Assembly: GCA_039000165.1 (NCBI GenBank)
Contig: JAWBTW010000003.1
Coordinates: 21,187-79,355 of the forward strand
DNA: 58,169 nt
Direction of reading: 5' to 3'
From: Candidatus Aenigmatarchaeota archaeon
Lineage (GTDB): Archaea > Aenigmatarchaeota > Aenigmatarchaeia > CG10238-14 > SCSR01
Program-made: the position numbers and the translations under genes
Shown: positions 37,032 to 46,405 of the stretch, piece after piece
How positions within the stretch are numbered: position 1 is the stretch's first letter
Layout of the letters: every line of letters begins with the position of its first letter
The notes under the pieces: model-generated
Databases searched by the model: none
Told to the model about the DNA's origin: nothing
What the model saw: the letters and a program-made list of their open reading frames with translations, nothing else

Positions 37032-38591
37032 CTATAAAAGTTTTGAAACATAAGCTCCATCTTGTTTATAACCAAGTCTGTAGTAGTATTTTTTGACGCC
37101 TGCTCCACTAATAACAACAATTTTATTTTTATCAAACTCTTCCTTTGCAATTCTTTCTGCCTCTTCTAAAAGTCTTCTTCCAAAACCTTTGTGCTGAAAA
37201 GCTTCTTCTTTAAACTCTCCTACAGGAACCAAAGGCCCATAAACATGAAGCTCCCTTACTAGAGCAGTTTTTTCTGTTATTTCCTTTCTAAAAGGTTTGA
37301 ACGGAATCCTTAATCTAAGGAAAGCGATTAAAATATCATTTTTTATATCTTCAAAACTTAAGAAAACTTCTTCTCCCTGTGAAGCCTCATAATCAAGCCT
37401 ACAAAGCTTTATTTTATCAAAATCAATGCTCACACCTTTTTCAAGCTTATGACCAACTTCTCTGTATCTTATCTCTTTTATCTTTATTCCCAGTTCTTCT
37501 GCTCTTTTCTCGACAAATTCTCTTAGATTGCTTTTCTTAACTCCCGCAACTATATGAGTTGCAGGTATATCTCTTTGAACCCTTATTATTCTGCAATACT
37601 TTGGAATGTACTTCAAAGCTCTTGCTATTAGTTCTATTGCTTCCTTTTCTTCCAAAGGTTTATACTCACCTTTTTTCCACATTTCATAAAGTTTTGTTCC
37701 CTTAATCACAAGAGTAGGGTAAATTTTAAGTGAGTCTGGTCTAAAGTCAGGGTTTTCAAAAATTTCTTTAAATTGATTTAAATCTTCTTCAAAACTTGTA
37801 AACAGGCCTGGCATAACATGCCAAGTAATTTTTAAGCAAGAGTCTTTTGCTAGTTGCGTTGCTTTAATAACATCTTCTAAAGAATGAATTCTTTGCGCTT
37901 TCCTCAAAATTTCCGGATAAATAGACTGAACTCCAATTTCGACTCTTGTCGTAGCTAGTTTAAGCATTTGATTTATATGCTTCTCAAAACAAAAATCAGG
38001 TCTTGTTTCTATGGTTAAACCAGAACACCTTATTCTTCCTTCCTCGTTTAGTCTTATAGCTTCTTCTAAGCTTTTTGCCTCACTTCCGTTCAAAGCATCA
38101 AAAAGTCTTTTAACAAACCATTCTTGATATTCTTTTTCTAAAGCAAGAAAAGTTCCACCTATTATTATAAGCTCAACCTTATCGATGCTGTGACCCATTA
38201 AACGATACTGATTTATTCTACAATTCACCTGAAGAAAAGGATCATAATTATTCTGTATAGCCCTTTGAATCGCAGGTTCTAAACCAACGTAGCTTTGTGG
38301 TGCATTCTCACCTTTTGGGCAATAAATACATATACCAGGACATTTTGCAGGTTTAGGTACAACAGTGATAACTGAAACTCCAGAAATTGTTCTTCCTGGT
38401 TTCATAACTAAAAAATCCTTAAGCTTTTCCCTTTCTTCTTTTGTGCAAGCTTGAAGAATTTGAATGCTTGTTGGAATTTTCTTTGCATTATATTTTTTAC
38501 AAACTCTTTTAACTATTGACCAAGCTTTTTCTCTTGTAAGCTTTTCTTTTTTTAGTTCCTCGATTATCTCTCTTAGCAGTTTTTCTTCCAT
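37032..38591 (-). CDS. elp3: tRNA uridine(34) acetyltransferase Elp3 (radical SAM + KAT)
   Basis: RTISGVSVI, CPGICIYC (CxxxCxxC), IETRPD, LRLR, RELHVYG, QHKGFG. Confidence 0.97.
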   Translation of the reverse strand: MEEKLLREIIEELKKEKLTREKAWSIVKRVCKKYNAKKIPTSIQILQACTKEEREKLKDFLVMKPGRTISGVSVITVVPKPAKCPGICIYCPKGENAPQSYVGLEPAIQRAIQNNYDPFLQVNCRINQYRLMGHSIDKVELIIIGGTFLALEKEYQEWFVKRLFDALNGSEAKSLEEAIRLNEEGRIRCSGLTIETRPDFCFEKHINQMLKLATTRVEIGVQSIYPEILRKAQRIHSLEDVIKATQLAKDSCLKITWHVMPGLFTSFEEDLNQFKEIFENPDFRPDSLKIYPTLVIKGTKLYEMWKKGEYKPLEEKEAIELIARALKYIPKYCRIIRVQRDIPATHIVAGVKKSNLREFVEKRAEELGIKIKEIRYREVGHKLEKGVSIDFDKIKLCRLDYEASQGEEVFLSFEDIKNDILIAFLRLRIPFKPFRKEITEKTALVRELHVYGPLVPVGEFKEEAFQHKGFGRRLLEEAERIAKEEFDKNKIVVISGAGVKKYYYRLGYKQDGAYVSKLL

Positions 38592-38662
38592 AATTTCATG
38601 GTTATCAAGAGTTTATAAAAGCTTGATTTTCTAAGTTTTATTTAATCACTATTCTTTAGTAG

Positions 38663-38677
38663 CGAAATCTTTAAATA
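38663..38677 (+). promoter_or_regulatory. BRE-TATA promoter (CGAAA...TTTAAATA) for a probable leaderless gene at 38701
   Basis: The TATA box ends ~24 nt before ATG 38701. Confidence 0.55.
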
Positions 38678-38700
38678 GTATCACTTATAAATAGTAACAC

Positions 38701-38856
38701 ATGAAAAAAAATACAGAGGAAATAGCATTGATAGAAGAGCAGCTTTACGAAGCACAAATGGCTTTGTTTAAAGCAAAAACAGTGAGAGAAGCAAAGTTCT
38801 TGCAAAACAAAATAGAATACTTAAAGAAAAGAGCAAAAGAACTAGGAATAATTTAA
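38701..38856 (+). CDS. Small helical protein (51 aa, not in ORF track)
   Basis: MKKNTEEIALIEEQLYEAQMALFKAKTVREAKFLQNKIEYLKKRAKELGII; well-placed promoter upstream. Confidence 0.7.
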   Translation: MKKNTEEIALIEEQLYEAQMALFKAKTVREAKFLQNKIEYLKKRAKELGII

Positions 38857-38907
38857 AGTTTTAATTCTTGAGTCCGCTTACAATTTATAGAAACTAGAAA
38901 AATAATT

Positions 38908-40356
38908 TTAACTTTTTTCTGCTGTAACTTTTATTATACTTGGTGTCTCATACAGCATATCGCCAAACGCAATTTCAAACGGCTTGTAAAGCAACCAATC
39001 CCCTGTATGCCAATAAAAGTCCTCAATATAATAATGTGAAAACCTTCTTGCCAACTTACTAAGATATTTTTTATTTTCACCTAGCTTTTCTTCTAATTTT
39101 TCTAATACCTCATTTGCCCAGATAATATCATTTGGACTAACTTTTGTCATAAAATAGATTTTAATTACTTCGTTAACAACCCCTATTTTTTCTTCTGGAA
39201 CTATTGTTTGAATAGCTTTTTGTAAAATTGTTTGAGTATGTACAGGGTTGTCTTTGTAATTCTTTTTTATTATGTACTTAACACCATATTTGTCTACTTT
39301 CTTTTTATCTACTTTCTTTAAAGGCAAATTGTTTGCTGCACTTTTACAAACCTCTTCAACATAATCTATAACACTTCCTAATTTCCTGAGATTTTCTACA
39401 CTTTTAAGGTTTCTTAAAATTTGAAGGAAATCCGTATCAGCCTTACGAAACCCGACAACAGGCAAATAATTAATCAAAAACTCATAAAATTGGTATGTCT
39501 GTCTTTCCACTTTTTCTCTTAATAATTCCAAAGCTTTTATTTTAATTTCATCTAGATTTATACAAGTTTTAGGTTGAAAGAGTTTTACAAATCTAACGAA
39601 ACTTCTTGGTTTAGGACTGATTCTGTACAACACTTGTTGGAAAGATTCTTCTAAGAAAATTCCATAATCTTCGATAAGACTGCACCATTCCAAATAGGTA
39701 TATGTAGGAATTTCCCTAAAAGCTAGATAATCAATCTTTTCTGAAAAACTTTCCCATTCTTCTTTAGTTTTGTAAAAACTCCGAGGATGAATACCAAACT
39801 TAGGCCAAACATCATCAAACTCTTTCATTTTTAAATTTTCCGTATAAAAGGATGGTATATCCTCAGAAATTAGAACTACTTTTTTTCCTGAATCAACGAA
39901 GTTGAGTATTTCTTTTAAAAATTTCAAAAAATCCTCTGGGGTATACTCTCCTTTCGCTATTGCTTCACAAACGTAATGAATATCATCAACCACTATAACA
40001 TTTGACAAATCTAACAAATCCTTTGTATCACTTGAATATACCTTAAGCCTATCTTTCCATATTTCTGGTGCTGCTAGTTTTAATGGATTAAGAATCTGTC
40101 TTCCTAAACCTTCCTTAAATATGAACATAGTTGGTATTAGTTTTTCATTTTCTCTTACCACCTCACTTAAGCTTTTCATTACCTGAAATGTTTTACCGGA
40201 ACCCTTAGGTCCTAGCACAAACAAAGGTCTTTTTTCTTCTGAAAGAAAGTATTCTTTTAATCTTTCCTTGAAATGAAAGAGTGCTGATTCTAACTCATTA
40301 AGAGTCGCAAAATCTAAGTTTTCTGCTCTTTCCTCTATTAAAACCATAGACTTCAC
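38908..40356 (-). CDS. P-loop ATPase (AAA+/archaeal ATPase-like) with unknown C-terminal region
   Basis: LFVLGPKGSGKT Walker A; VIVVDDIH Walker B. Confidence 0.8.
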   Translation of the reverse strand: MKSMVLIEERAENLDFATLNELESALFHFKERLKEYFLSEEKRPLFVLGPKGSGKTFQVMKSLSEVVRENEKLIPTMFIFKEGLGRQILNPLKLAAPEIWKDRLKVYSSDTKDLLDLSNVIVVDDIHYVCEAIAKGEYTPEDFLKFLKEILNFVDSGKKVVLISEDIPSFYTENLKMKEFDDVWPKFGIHPRSFYKTKEEWESFSEKIDYLAFREIPTYTYLEWCSLIEDYGIFLEESFQQVLYRISPKPRSFVRFVKLFQPKTCINLDEIKIKALELLREKVERQTYQFYEFLINYLPVVGFRKADTDFLQILRNLKSVENLRKLGSVIDYVEEVCKSAANNLPLKKVDKKKVDKYGVKYIIKKNYKDNPVHTQTILQKAIQTIVPEEKIGVVNEVIKIYFMTKVSPNDIIWANEVLEKLEEKLGENKKYLSKLARRFSHYYIEDFYWHTGDWLLYKPFEIAFGDMLYETPSIIKVTAEKS

Positions 40357-40427
40357 TTTTAATTAGAATAGCAAAAAAATTAATTCCTTTGGTTTTTAGT
40401 TTATGCAATTAGTTAAACAAAGTAGTA

Positions 40428-40523
40428 TAGCCCCGAGCGGATTCGAACCGCTGTCACGAGGTTTCTCCCAGCGACCAGAGCCTTCTACCCTTTTCGTATG
40501 CTTGGCCGCTGCACCACGGGGCT
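40428..40523 (-). tRNA. tRNA-Gln(CUG) with two introns (29/30 and 37/38)
   Basis: AGCCCCG/CGGGGCT acceptor. Removing 40483..40493 (11 nt) and 40463..40474 (12 nt) gives CGAGG-CT-CTG-GA-CCTCG and a 73-nt tRNA. Central helices AUAC/GUAG (3 of 4 pairs) and CUCU/GGAG. Confidence 0.9.
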
Positions 40524-40614
40524 ATATGTAATAATTAAGGGGACAAAATTAAAAATGTGACATTTGGAAAAATATTTTAACTTATTCTTTTTAAAAATAT
40601 TTTAAGTGAAAAGG

Positions 40615-40894
40615 ATGAAAGGTGAATTAGAAACAAATCGTAATTTCTTCTTATTCTGACTTGTTTAAATCTTCTTCTCTAGTTAGCTACTTACACTTTA
40701 GAAAATTCTTGAGCAAGAGAATGTTAGAATTTATCCTTAAAAACTGTAAAAACATAAAAATTATTTCAATGTCAAAGTATGCTTATAAGAGATGCGACAA
40801 AAAAATTATAGAATTAATAGAAAAGCGAGGTATAAAATTAATTGTTAGACAAAACTTAGGAAGACCAAGCATAATAGAGAGGCGAATGAAATGA
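40615..40894 (+). CDS. DUF1699-like small protein with interrupted 5' end (frameshift or in-frame TAG)
   Basis: KQIVISS...YLHFRKF...FILKNCKNIKII.MSKYAY...GIKL resembles DUF1699 as I recall it. The frame is open from 40631 with no ATG before the conserved first strand. Confidence 0.5.
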
Positions 40895-42747
40895 GAATCT
40901 TACAATTGCATGCAGATTTCATAGAATATGAACCGATAAAAAAAGAAATTGCCCAAGCAGAAGATGCCGAAAAGAAAAAATACAAGTTTGAAGAAATTCT
41001 AGTCTTATTAACTTGTGTAGAAGAAGGAGATAACCAGGAAGTTGCAAGAGAAGCTATAGAAGAAACAAAAGAATTTCTCCAAAAATTAAAGTTAAACAGG
41101 ATTTTGATCTATCCTTTTGCTCATTTAAGCTCAGACATCGCAAAACCTACCGAAGCCCTAAAGATAATAAAGGAAATGGAAAGTTATGCAAAAAAAATTG
41201 GAATAGAAACTTTCAGGGCCCCTTTTGGTTGGAACAAAGCTTTGCAAATAAAAGTTAAAGGCCATCCGTTAGCTGAGCAGTCAAGGCACATAACAGCAAA
41301 GAAAAAAGAGGAAAAAGTTTCCGAAGCAGTAAAAGCAGAAGAAAAAATTAAATCTTTTTGGTTCATCCTTTTGCCTGACGGAAAACTAGTAGAAGTGGAA
41401 AAGTTTGATTTTTCGAAACATCCTAACCTTAAAAAATTTGCAGATTATGAGATAAGCAAAGTTAGAGCAGTTCAACAAGTTCCTCCTCATGTTACCTTAA
41501 TGAAAAAACTAGAAATAGCAGATTATGAAGAAGGTTCAGACCCAGGAAACCTAAGATGGTATCCGAAGGGAAGATTAATTAAATCTTTACTTGAAAATTT
41601 TGTTACTCAAAAAGTCTTAGAGTATGGAGGAATGGAAGTCGAAACTCCAATAATGTATGACTTTAACCATCCTGCTCTAGCAAATTATTTAAACAGATTT
41701 CCTGCAAGGCAGTATGTGGTTAAATCTGAAGATAAAGAGCTTTTCCTTAGGTTTTCAGCATGCTTTGGCCAGTTTTTAATGAGTAAGGACGCTCAAATTT
41801 CTTACAAAAACTTGCCTTTTAGGATATACGAGCTTACAAGATACAGCTTCAGAAGAGAAAAAAGTGGGGAAGTTGTTGGGCTTAAAAGATTAAGAGCGTT
41901 TACTATGCCAGACGTCCATGCATTTTGTGAAGACATAGAACAAGCTAAGGAAGAATTTATAACCAGGTTTAAACTTTGTATGGAAGTTCTGAGGGAGATA
42001 GGCTTAGAAAAGGAAGATTATGAGCTTGCTATAAGGTTTACCAAGGATTTTTATGAGAAAAATAAGAATTTTATAGTTTCCTTAGTCAAGCAGTTTGGTA
42101 AGCCTGCGTTGGTTGAGATGTGGAACGAAAGGTTTTTCTACTTTGTTTTGAAATGGGAATTCAACTTTGTCGATAACTTGAACAAAGCTGCAGCTCTCTC
42201 TACGGATCAAATTGATGTTGAAAACGCTGAAAGATATGGAATAACTTATATTGACAAAAAAGGCAAGAAAAGGTATCCAATAATACTTCATTGCTCGCCT
42301 AGTGGAGCGATAGAAAGATGTATTTATGCTCTTTTAGAAAAAGCTTATTCAGACCAACAGAAAGGAAAGGTCCCAAAAATTCCATTATGGCTCTCTCCCA
42401 CACAAGTAAGGCTTGTTCCTGTTTCGAACAAATTCTTAAGTTTTGCGGAAAAAGTAGCTGAAAGTTTAGAAAAAAATTGCATAAGGGTTGATATAGATGA
42501 TAGAGAAGAAACTGTAAATAAAAAAATAAGAGAAGCTGAGATTGAATGGGTTCCCTTTATCTGCGTTTTAGGTGAAAAAGAAGTCAAGAATAATATTTTG
42601 GCAGTTAGAATAAGGGAGAAAAAAGAAGTTAAAGAAATGAAAATAGAAGAATTGATAGAAATGATTAAAGAAGAAGTGAAAGGGAAGCCTTTCAAGACTC
42701 TTTCTTTACCAAAGTATTTGTCGAGGCGTGCTATTTTTGTTAGCTAA
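40891..42747 (+). CDS. thrS: Threonyl-tRNA synthetase (archaeal type with N-terminal editing domain)
   Basis: MRILQLHADFIEY, YPFAHLSS, LRFSACFG, RLRAFTMPDVH, ILHCSPSGAIER. Confidence 0.97.
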   Translation: MRILQLHADFIEYEPIKKEIAQAEDAEKKKYKFEEILVLLTCVEEGDNQEVAREAIEETKEFLQKLKLNRILIYPFAHLSSDIAKPTEALKIIKEMESYAKKIGIETFRAPFGWNKALQIKVKGHPLAEQSRHITAKKKEEKVSEAVKAEEKIKSFWFILLPDGKLVEVEKFDFSKHPNLKKFADYEISKVRAVQQVPPHVTLMKKLEIADYEEGSDPGNLRWYPKGRLIKSLLENFVTQKVLEYGGMEVETPIMYDFNHPALANYLNRFPARQYVVKSEDKELFLRFSACFGQFLMSKDAQISYKNLPFRIYELTRYSFRREKSGEVVGLKRLRAFTMPDVHAFCEDIEQAKEEFITRFKLCMEVLREIGLEKEDYELAIRFTKDFYEKNKNFIVSLVKQFGKPALVEMWNERFFYFVLKWEFNFVDNLNKAAALSTDQIDVENAERYGITYIDKKGKKRYPIILHCSPSGAIERCIYALLEKAYSDQQKGKVPKIPLWLSPTQVRLVPVSNKFLSFAEKVAESLEKNCIRVDIDDREETVNKKIREAEIEWVPFICVLGEKEVKNNILAVRIREKKEVKEMKIEELIEMIKEEVKGKPFKTLSLPKYLSRRAIFVS

Positions 42748-43558
42748 CAGCTTTTGAATGACTCCAAACTAGGTTGAACAAAGGCTCAAGCACTTGGCTT
42801 GCTGCATGCTCACTTTTGCTCCAAACAACCAAATCTTGAGTTGAGTGTACACTTTTAGGGTCAGTTAAACCAAAAATTAACTGACTTCCGTCTACAACTG
42901 CAAACCTTCCGCTTATTGGCACTTCTTTTTCGTTAGCAACCCTTATTTCTGCTAGGCTGCTCAAAGCTTTTATCGCATCAGAGCATCTTTCACTGCTACT
43001 TGTTACTATCTTGATTTCCACTCCTTTTTCTTTTGCCTTTTTCAGGGCTTCAAAATGGTTTGAAAATAAATCGTTTAAGCCTTCTGGAGTAGTTACTATG
43101 TTAATCTTTTGAGTTGCGTTTCTTATCATTGAATCAAGCTGCTGAAAGACAGAAAACTTTCCTTTTAAAGTTCCTGTAACTTCTTCAGGAGAAATAACTT
43201 TTAACCCTTGAGAATAAATGTCCATAAGCTCTCTCATTACTGGCGACTCCTTAAGCGTGTTTATCCTTTCTACCATGGCCTTAAAATCTTCCTCTAGCTT
43301 TTTCTTTGCTCTTTCTAGAGCTTCGTCGGGAGAAACTGCCACATAGCGAATAGGCTTTCCTGTTTGAACGACAACAAAACCCTTTTCTGCTAGGCTTTGA
43401 AGAACATCATAGGCTCTGCTTCTTGGCACTCCAGCAATCTCAGAGAGCTCGCCTGCTGTTGAATTCCCCCTTGCTAAAAGAGCTATCCAAAGTTTTCTTT
43501 CATACAAATTTAGTCCTATACCTTTCAAAGCATCTAAAACTTTTGTTGAGGCTATCAT
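42740..43558 (-). CDS. TrmB-family regulator (TrmBL2-like)
   Basis: GLNLYERKLWIALL...EIAGVPRSRAYDVL.SL..KGFV wHTH, coiled coil, then PLD-like domain (RFAVVDG). Confidence 0.93.
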   Translation of the reverse strand: MIASTKVLDALKGIGLNLYERKLWIALLARGNSTAGELSEIAGVPRSRAYDVLQSLAEKGFVVVQTGKPIRYVAVSPDEALERAKKKLEEDFKAMVERINTLKESPVMRELMDIYSQGLKVISPEEVTGTLKGKFSVFQQLDSMIRNATQKINIVTTPEGLNDLFSNHFEALKKAKEKGVEIKIVTSSSERCSDAIKALSSLAEIRVANEKEVPISGRFAVVDGSQLIFGLTDPKSVHSTQDLVVWSKSEHAASQVLEPLFNLVWSHSKAVS

Positions 43559-43639
43559 TTTCTCCCTTGTTACTATGTAGTGATTTAATTTATAAATTAT
43601 TAAATTTAACTATTGTTGGTGTAGATAATTTTAAATACT

Positions 43640-45346
43640 TTAGCCCCTTAATCCTTGAGATTTGTAAAGCTCTATTAATCTATCTATGGTGTCAGCTTCT
43701 TCAGGACCTTTATCCTCCCTTATCCTTACCAAACGAGGAAATCTTAGGGCATAGCCTGAAGAGTAATTTGGCGATTTTTGAATTTCTTGAAAAGCCACTT
43801 CTACAACAATCTTTGGTCTTATTCTTACCTCCCTTCCCTTTTCTTCAACTATCAAATCTTTTAAAGTATCTGTCATTAGTTGAAATTGTTCTTCTGTCAA
43901 ACCTGTGCCCATCATACCGCAAGGTAAAAATTCCCCTGTATCAGGGTCTCTACAAGCTAAAACATAAGAACTTAACCATTTTGCTCTTAGGCCTTCGCCA
44001 TAAGTTGCACCAACTATTACTAAATCTAGAGTTTCCATTATTGGTTTAATCTTATACATAGTTCCCACATGCCTTCCAAAGACATAAGGAGAATCTAAAA
44101 CTTTAAGCATCAGACCTTCTTGCTTTGCGTTCAAAGCCTCTTGATAAAATTCTTCTGCTTCCTTTAAATCAGAAGTAACTATCTGCTTTGCAAGCTCAAC
44201 TTTCCCAGGAATAACTTTAACTATTTTTTCTAAGATTTTTCTCCTCTCTTTAAAAGTTTTTTCAAAAAGTTGTTTTCCCTCAAGATAAACTACATCAAAC
44301 AAATGGATTTGAACAGGAATTTCTTTTATCATTTTTTCTATCTCATACTTTCTATGAATTCTTTGAGAAAGAACTTGAAAAGGTGAGGGTAAACCAGTTT
44401 TTGGATTAACTGCTAAAGCTTCGCCTTCAACTATACATTCATCCGGCTTTAAAGCTTCTCTCAAGTATTGAACCAAATCTGGAAATTGTTTTGTGACTTC
44501 CTCTTCTCTTCTAGTAAAAAGCCAAATTTTATCTCCTTGTTTATGAACTTGCATTCTTGCTCCGTCATACTTATATTCTGCTGCTATTTTTTTGAATTCG
44601 TCCAAGACTTCCTTTATACTTTCAGCTTTTTCACCAAGCATTACTTGTATAGGTCTACCAAGTTTTACTTTCACGCTTTTTAACCCTTCTACACCTTTTT
44701 CCTTAGCTATTCTTGCAACCTCACCAAAATCTGAAACGATGTTCCAAGCATACTCCACAGCTTCCGTCAATTTTTCTTTTTCTTCTTTGTCCATTCCTTT
44801 TCGAAAAAGAAAAGCATCAACTATAGCATCTCTTATTATTCCTTCAGCAACTCCTATTCTTAACTCTTGAAGAATCGTTCTTACTATATACCTTGCTTCT
44901 TCCGGTTTTGCTGAAGCAAGAAGCTCTGCTATTATTTTTAACTTTTTTTCCTGCGAACCTTTACCAGTAACTACAGCCAATTCTTGTAAATTTTTAAAGA
45001 CAAAATCTACTGTCAGTTTTTTCGTAAAAAGTGTAACTTGTTTTTTCATTTTAACGCATTGTTCGGCTGCAAGTCCTAAATCTCCTGTTTCTTTAAACTT
45101 TTCTTCCACAACCTCAGGCTTAATTCCAGTTGCTTTTGATATTGCCTTTATCATCATTTGAGTTGCAATTCCCAGCTCCAAGCCAGTATACTTAGGATAA
45201 ACTAACCCTTGAACAAGTAAAACTACTTTTTCCAGGTCTTGTGTTGGAGTTTGAGAAAAGAGTTTCGCAAGTATTTCAGTCTTTTTTAATTTTGCTGAAA
45301 CAGCTTCTAATTCTTTGTAAACTTCAACTAGTGTAGAGTAATCCAT
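43640..45346 (-). CDS. lig: ATP-dependent DNA ligase
   Basis: Motif I EYKYDGAR, EGEA, LFDV, EGLMLK, KIKP, ALRFPR...R.DK. Confidence 0.97.
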   Translation of the reverse strand: MDYSTLVEVYKELEAVSAKLKKTEILAKLFSQTPTQDLEKVVLLVQGLVYPKYTGLELGIATQMMIKAISKATGIKPEVVEEKFKETGDLGLAAEQCVKMKKQVTLFTKKLTVDFVFKNLQELAVVTGKGSQEKKLKIIAELLASAKPEEARYIVRTILQELRIGVAEGIIRDAIVDAFLFRKGMDKEEKEKLTEAVEYAWNIVSDFGEVARIAKEKGVEGLKSVKVKLGRPIQVMLGEKAESIKEVLDEFKKIAAEYKYDGARMQVHKQGDKIWLFTRREEEVTKQFPDLVQYLREALKPDECIVEGEALAVNPKTGLPSPFQVLSQRIHRKYEIEKMIKEIPVQIHLFDVVYLEGKQLFEKTFKERRKILEKIVKVIPGKVELAKQIVTSDLKEAEEFYQEALNAKQEGLMLKVLDSPYVFGRHVGTMYKIKPIMETLDLVIVGATYGEGLRAKWLSSYVLACRDPDTGEFLPCGMMGTGLTEEQFQLMTDTLKDLIVEEKGREVRIRPKIVVEVAFQEIQKSPNYSSGYALRFPRLVRIREDKGPEEADTIDRLIELYKSQGLRG

Positions 45347-45385
45347 AACATTAAATTATTGTAAGTTTAAATATTTTATGGAAAA

Positions 45386-45550
45386 ATGGCGGGCTATACT
45401 TGGACGTTCGGCTTTTGCGAAACTTGTTTAAAAAATTCGCACGAGAAAGTGAAACTTGTTAGAAGAAGAATTATTTCTGGGGATTTGGAAGGTAAATGTT
45501 CAAGAGAATTTTGGGTTTGTCCTATTTGTGGAGCAACCAAAAGGTTATGA
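45386..45550 (+). CDS. Small zinc-ribbon protein (54 aa, not in ORF track)
   Basis: MAGYTWTFGFCETCLKNSHEKVKLVRRRIISGDLEGKCSREFWVCPICGATKRL has CxxC and CPxCG knuckles; divergent from lig. Confidence 0.75.
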   Translation: MAGYTWTFGFCETCLKNSHEKVKLVRRRIISGDLEGKCSREFWVCPICGATKRL

Positions 45551-45717
45551 TTAAGAATTATCCCTAATAAACTCTATGCCTTTTGAAAGGTAAGGATTCC
45601 TTCTTTTGGATGAAAACTGTATAAAATCTTATAAACCTTAGTTCCAAAAATTTGAAACTTACAAAATTCTTTAACCTAAAAGCTTTAATGGTTAAAATAA
45701 AAATTTAATTAGAGAAA

Positions 45718-46371
45718 ATGAACGTCTTTGAGGCAATCTTCGGAAGAAGAAGTATAAGAAGTTTTAAGAAAGAAGAGATTGACGATAGACTTATTGGTTT
45801 AATGCTTTATTGTGCAACCCAAGCACCTTCAGCCGGAAACACTCAAGACTGGGTTTTTATAGTTGTGAAAGATGAAAAAGTAAAAAGAAAGTTAGCAAAA
45901 GCTGCTTTAGACCAAGACTTCATAGCAGAAGCTCCTGTAGTTATAGTTGCTTGCTCGGACTTGAAAAAGATAAGCTTAAGGTATGAAGAAAGGGGTGAAA
46001 GACTTTATTCCATTCAAGATGTTGCTGCAGCCATTCAAAATATACTATTAGCTGCTTATGCCTTAGGCTTGGGTTCTTGTTGGGTTGGTGCTTTCGACGA
46101 GGAAGAGGTTAAGTTCATTTTAGAGTTACCAGAGCATATAAGACCTTTGGCAATAATTCCTGTTGGTTATCCAGAAGAAAAACCAGAAGCTCCGTCAAGA
46201 ATTCCTTTTGAAAACCTTACCTATTTAGACAGGTTTGGCGGAAAGTATCAAATCGAGTTTAAACCTTTAGAAACCTATTTGAGAGAAGCTTTAAAAAAGA
46301 TTAAAACTATGGAAAAGAAACCAACTAAAAGAATTAGTTTTGAAGAATTCATCAAAAGATTAGTTAAATAA
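45718..46371 (+). CDS. Nitroreductase-family protein
   Basis: RRSIRSF, APSAGNTQDW.F, QNILLAAYALGLGSCWVGAF, IIPVGYP. Confidence 0.95.
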   Translation: MNVFEAIFGRRSIRSFKKEEIDDRLIGLMLYCATQAPSAGNTQDWVFIVVKDEKVKRKLAKAALDQDFIAEAPVVIVACSDLKKISLRYEERGERLYSIQDVAAAIQNILLAAYALGLGSCWVGAFDEEEVKFILELPEHIRPLAIIPVGYPEEKPEAPSRIPFENLTYLDRFGGKYQIEFKPLETYLREALKKIKTMEKKPTKRISFEEFIKRLVK

Positions 46372-46405
46372 ATATTAAATTCAAAAATATATTAAGGTTG
46401 AGTAG

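Noticed and set aside
45551-45717. Short open stretches on the minus strand between the Zn-ribbon and nitroreductase genes
   Set aside because: No start codon and no recognisable motif; each is under 35 codons.
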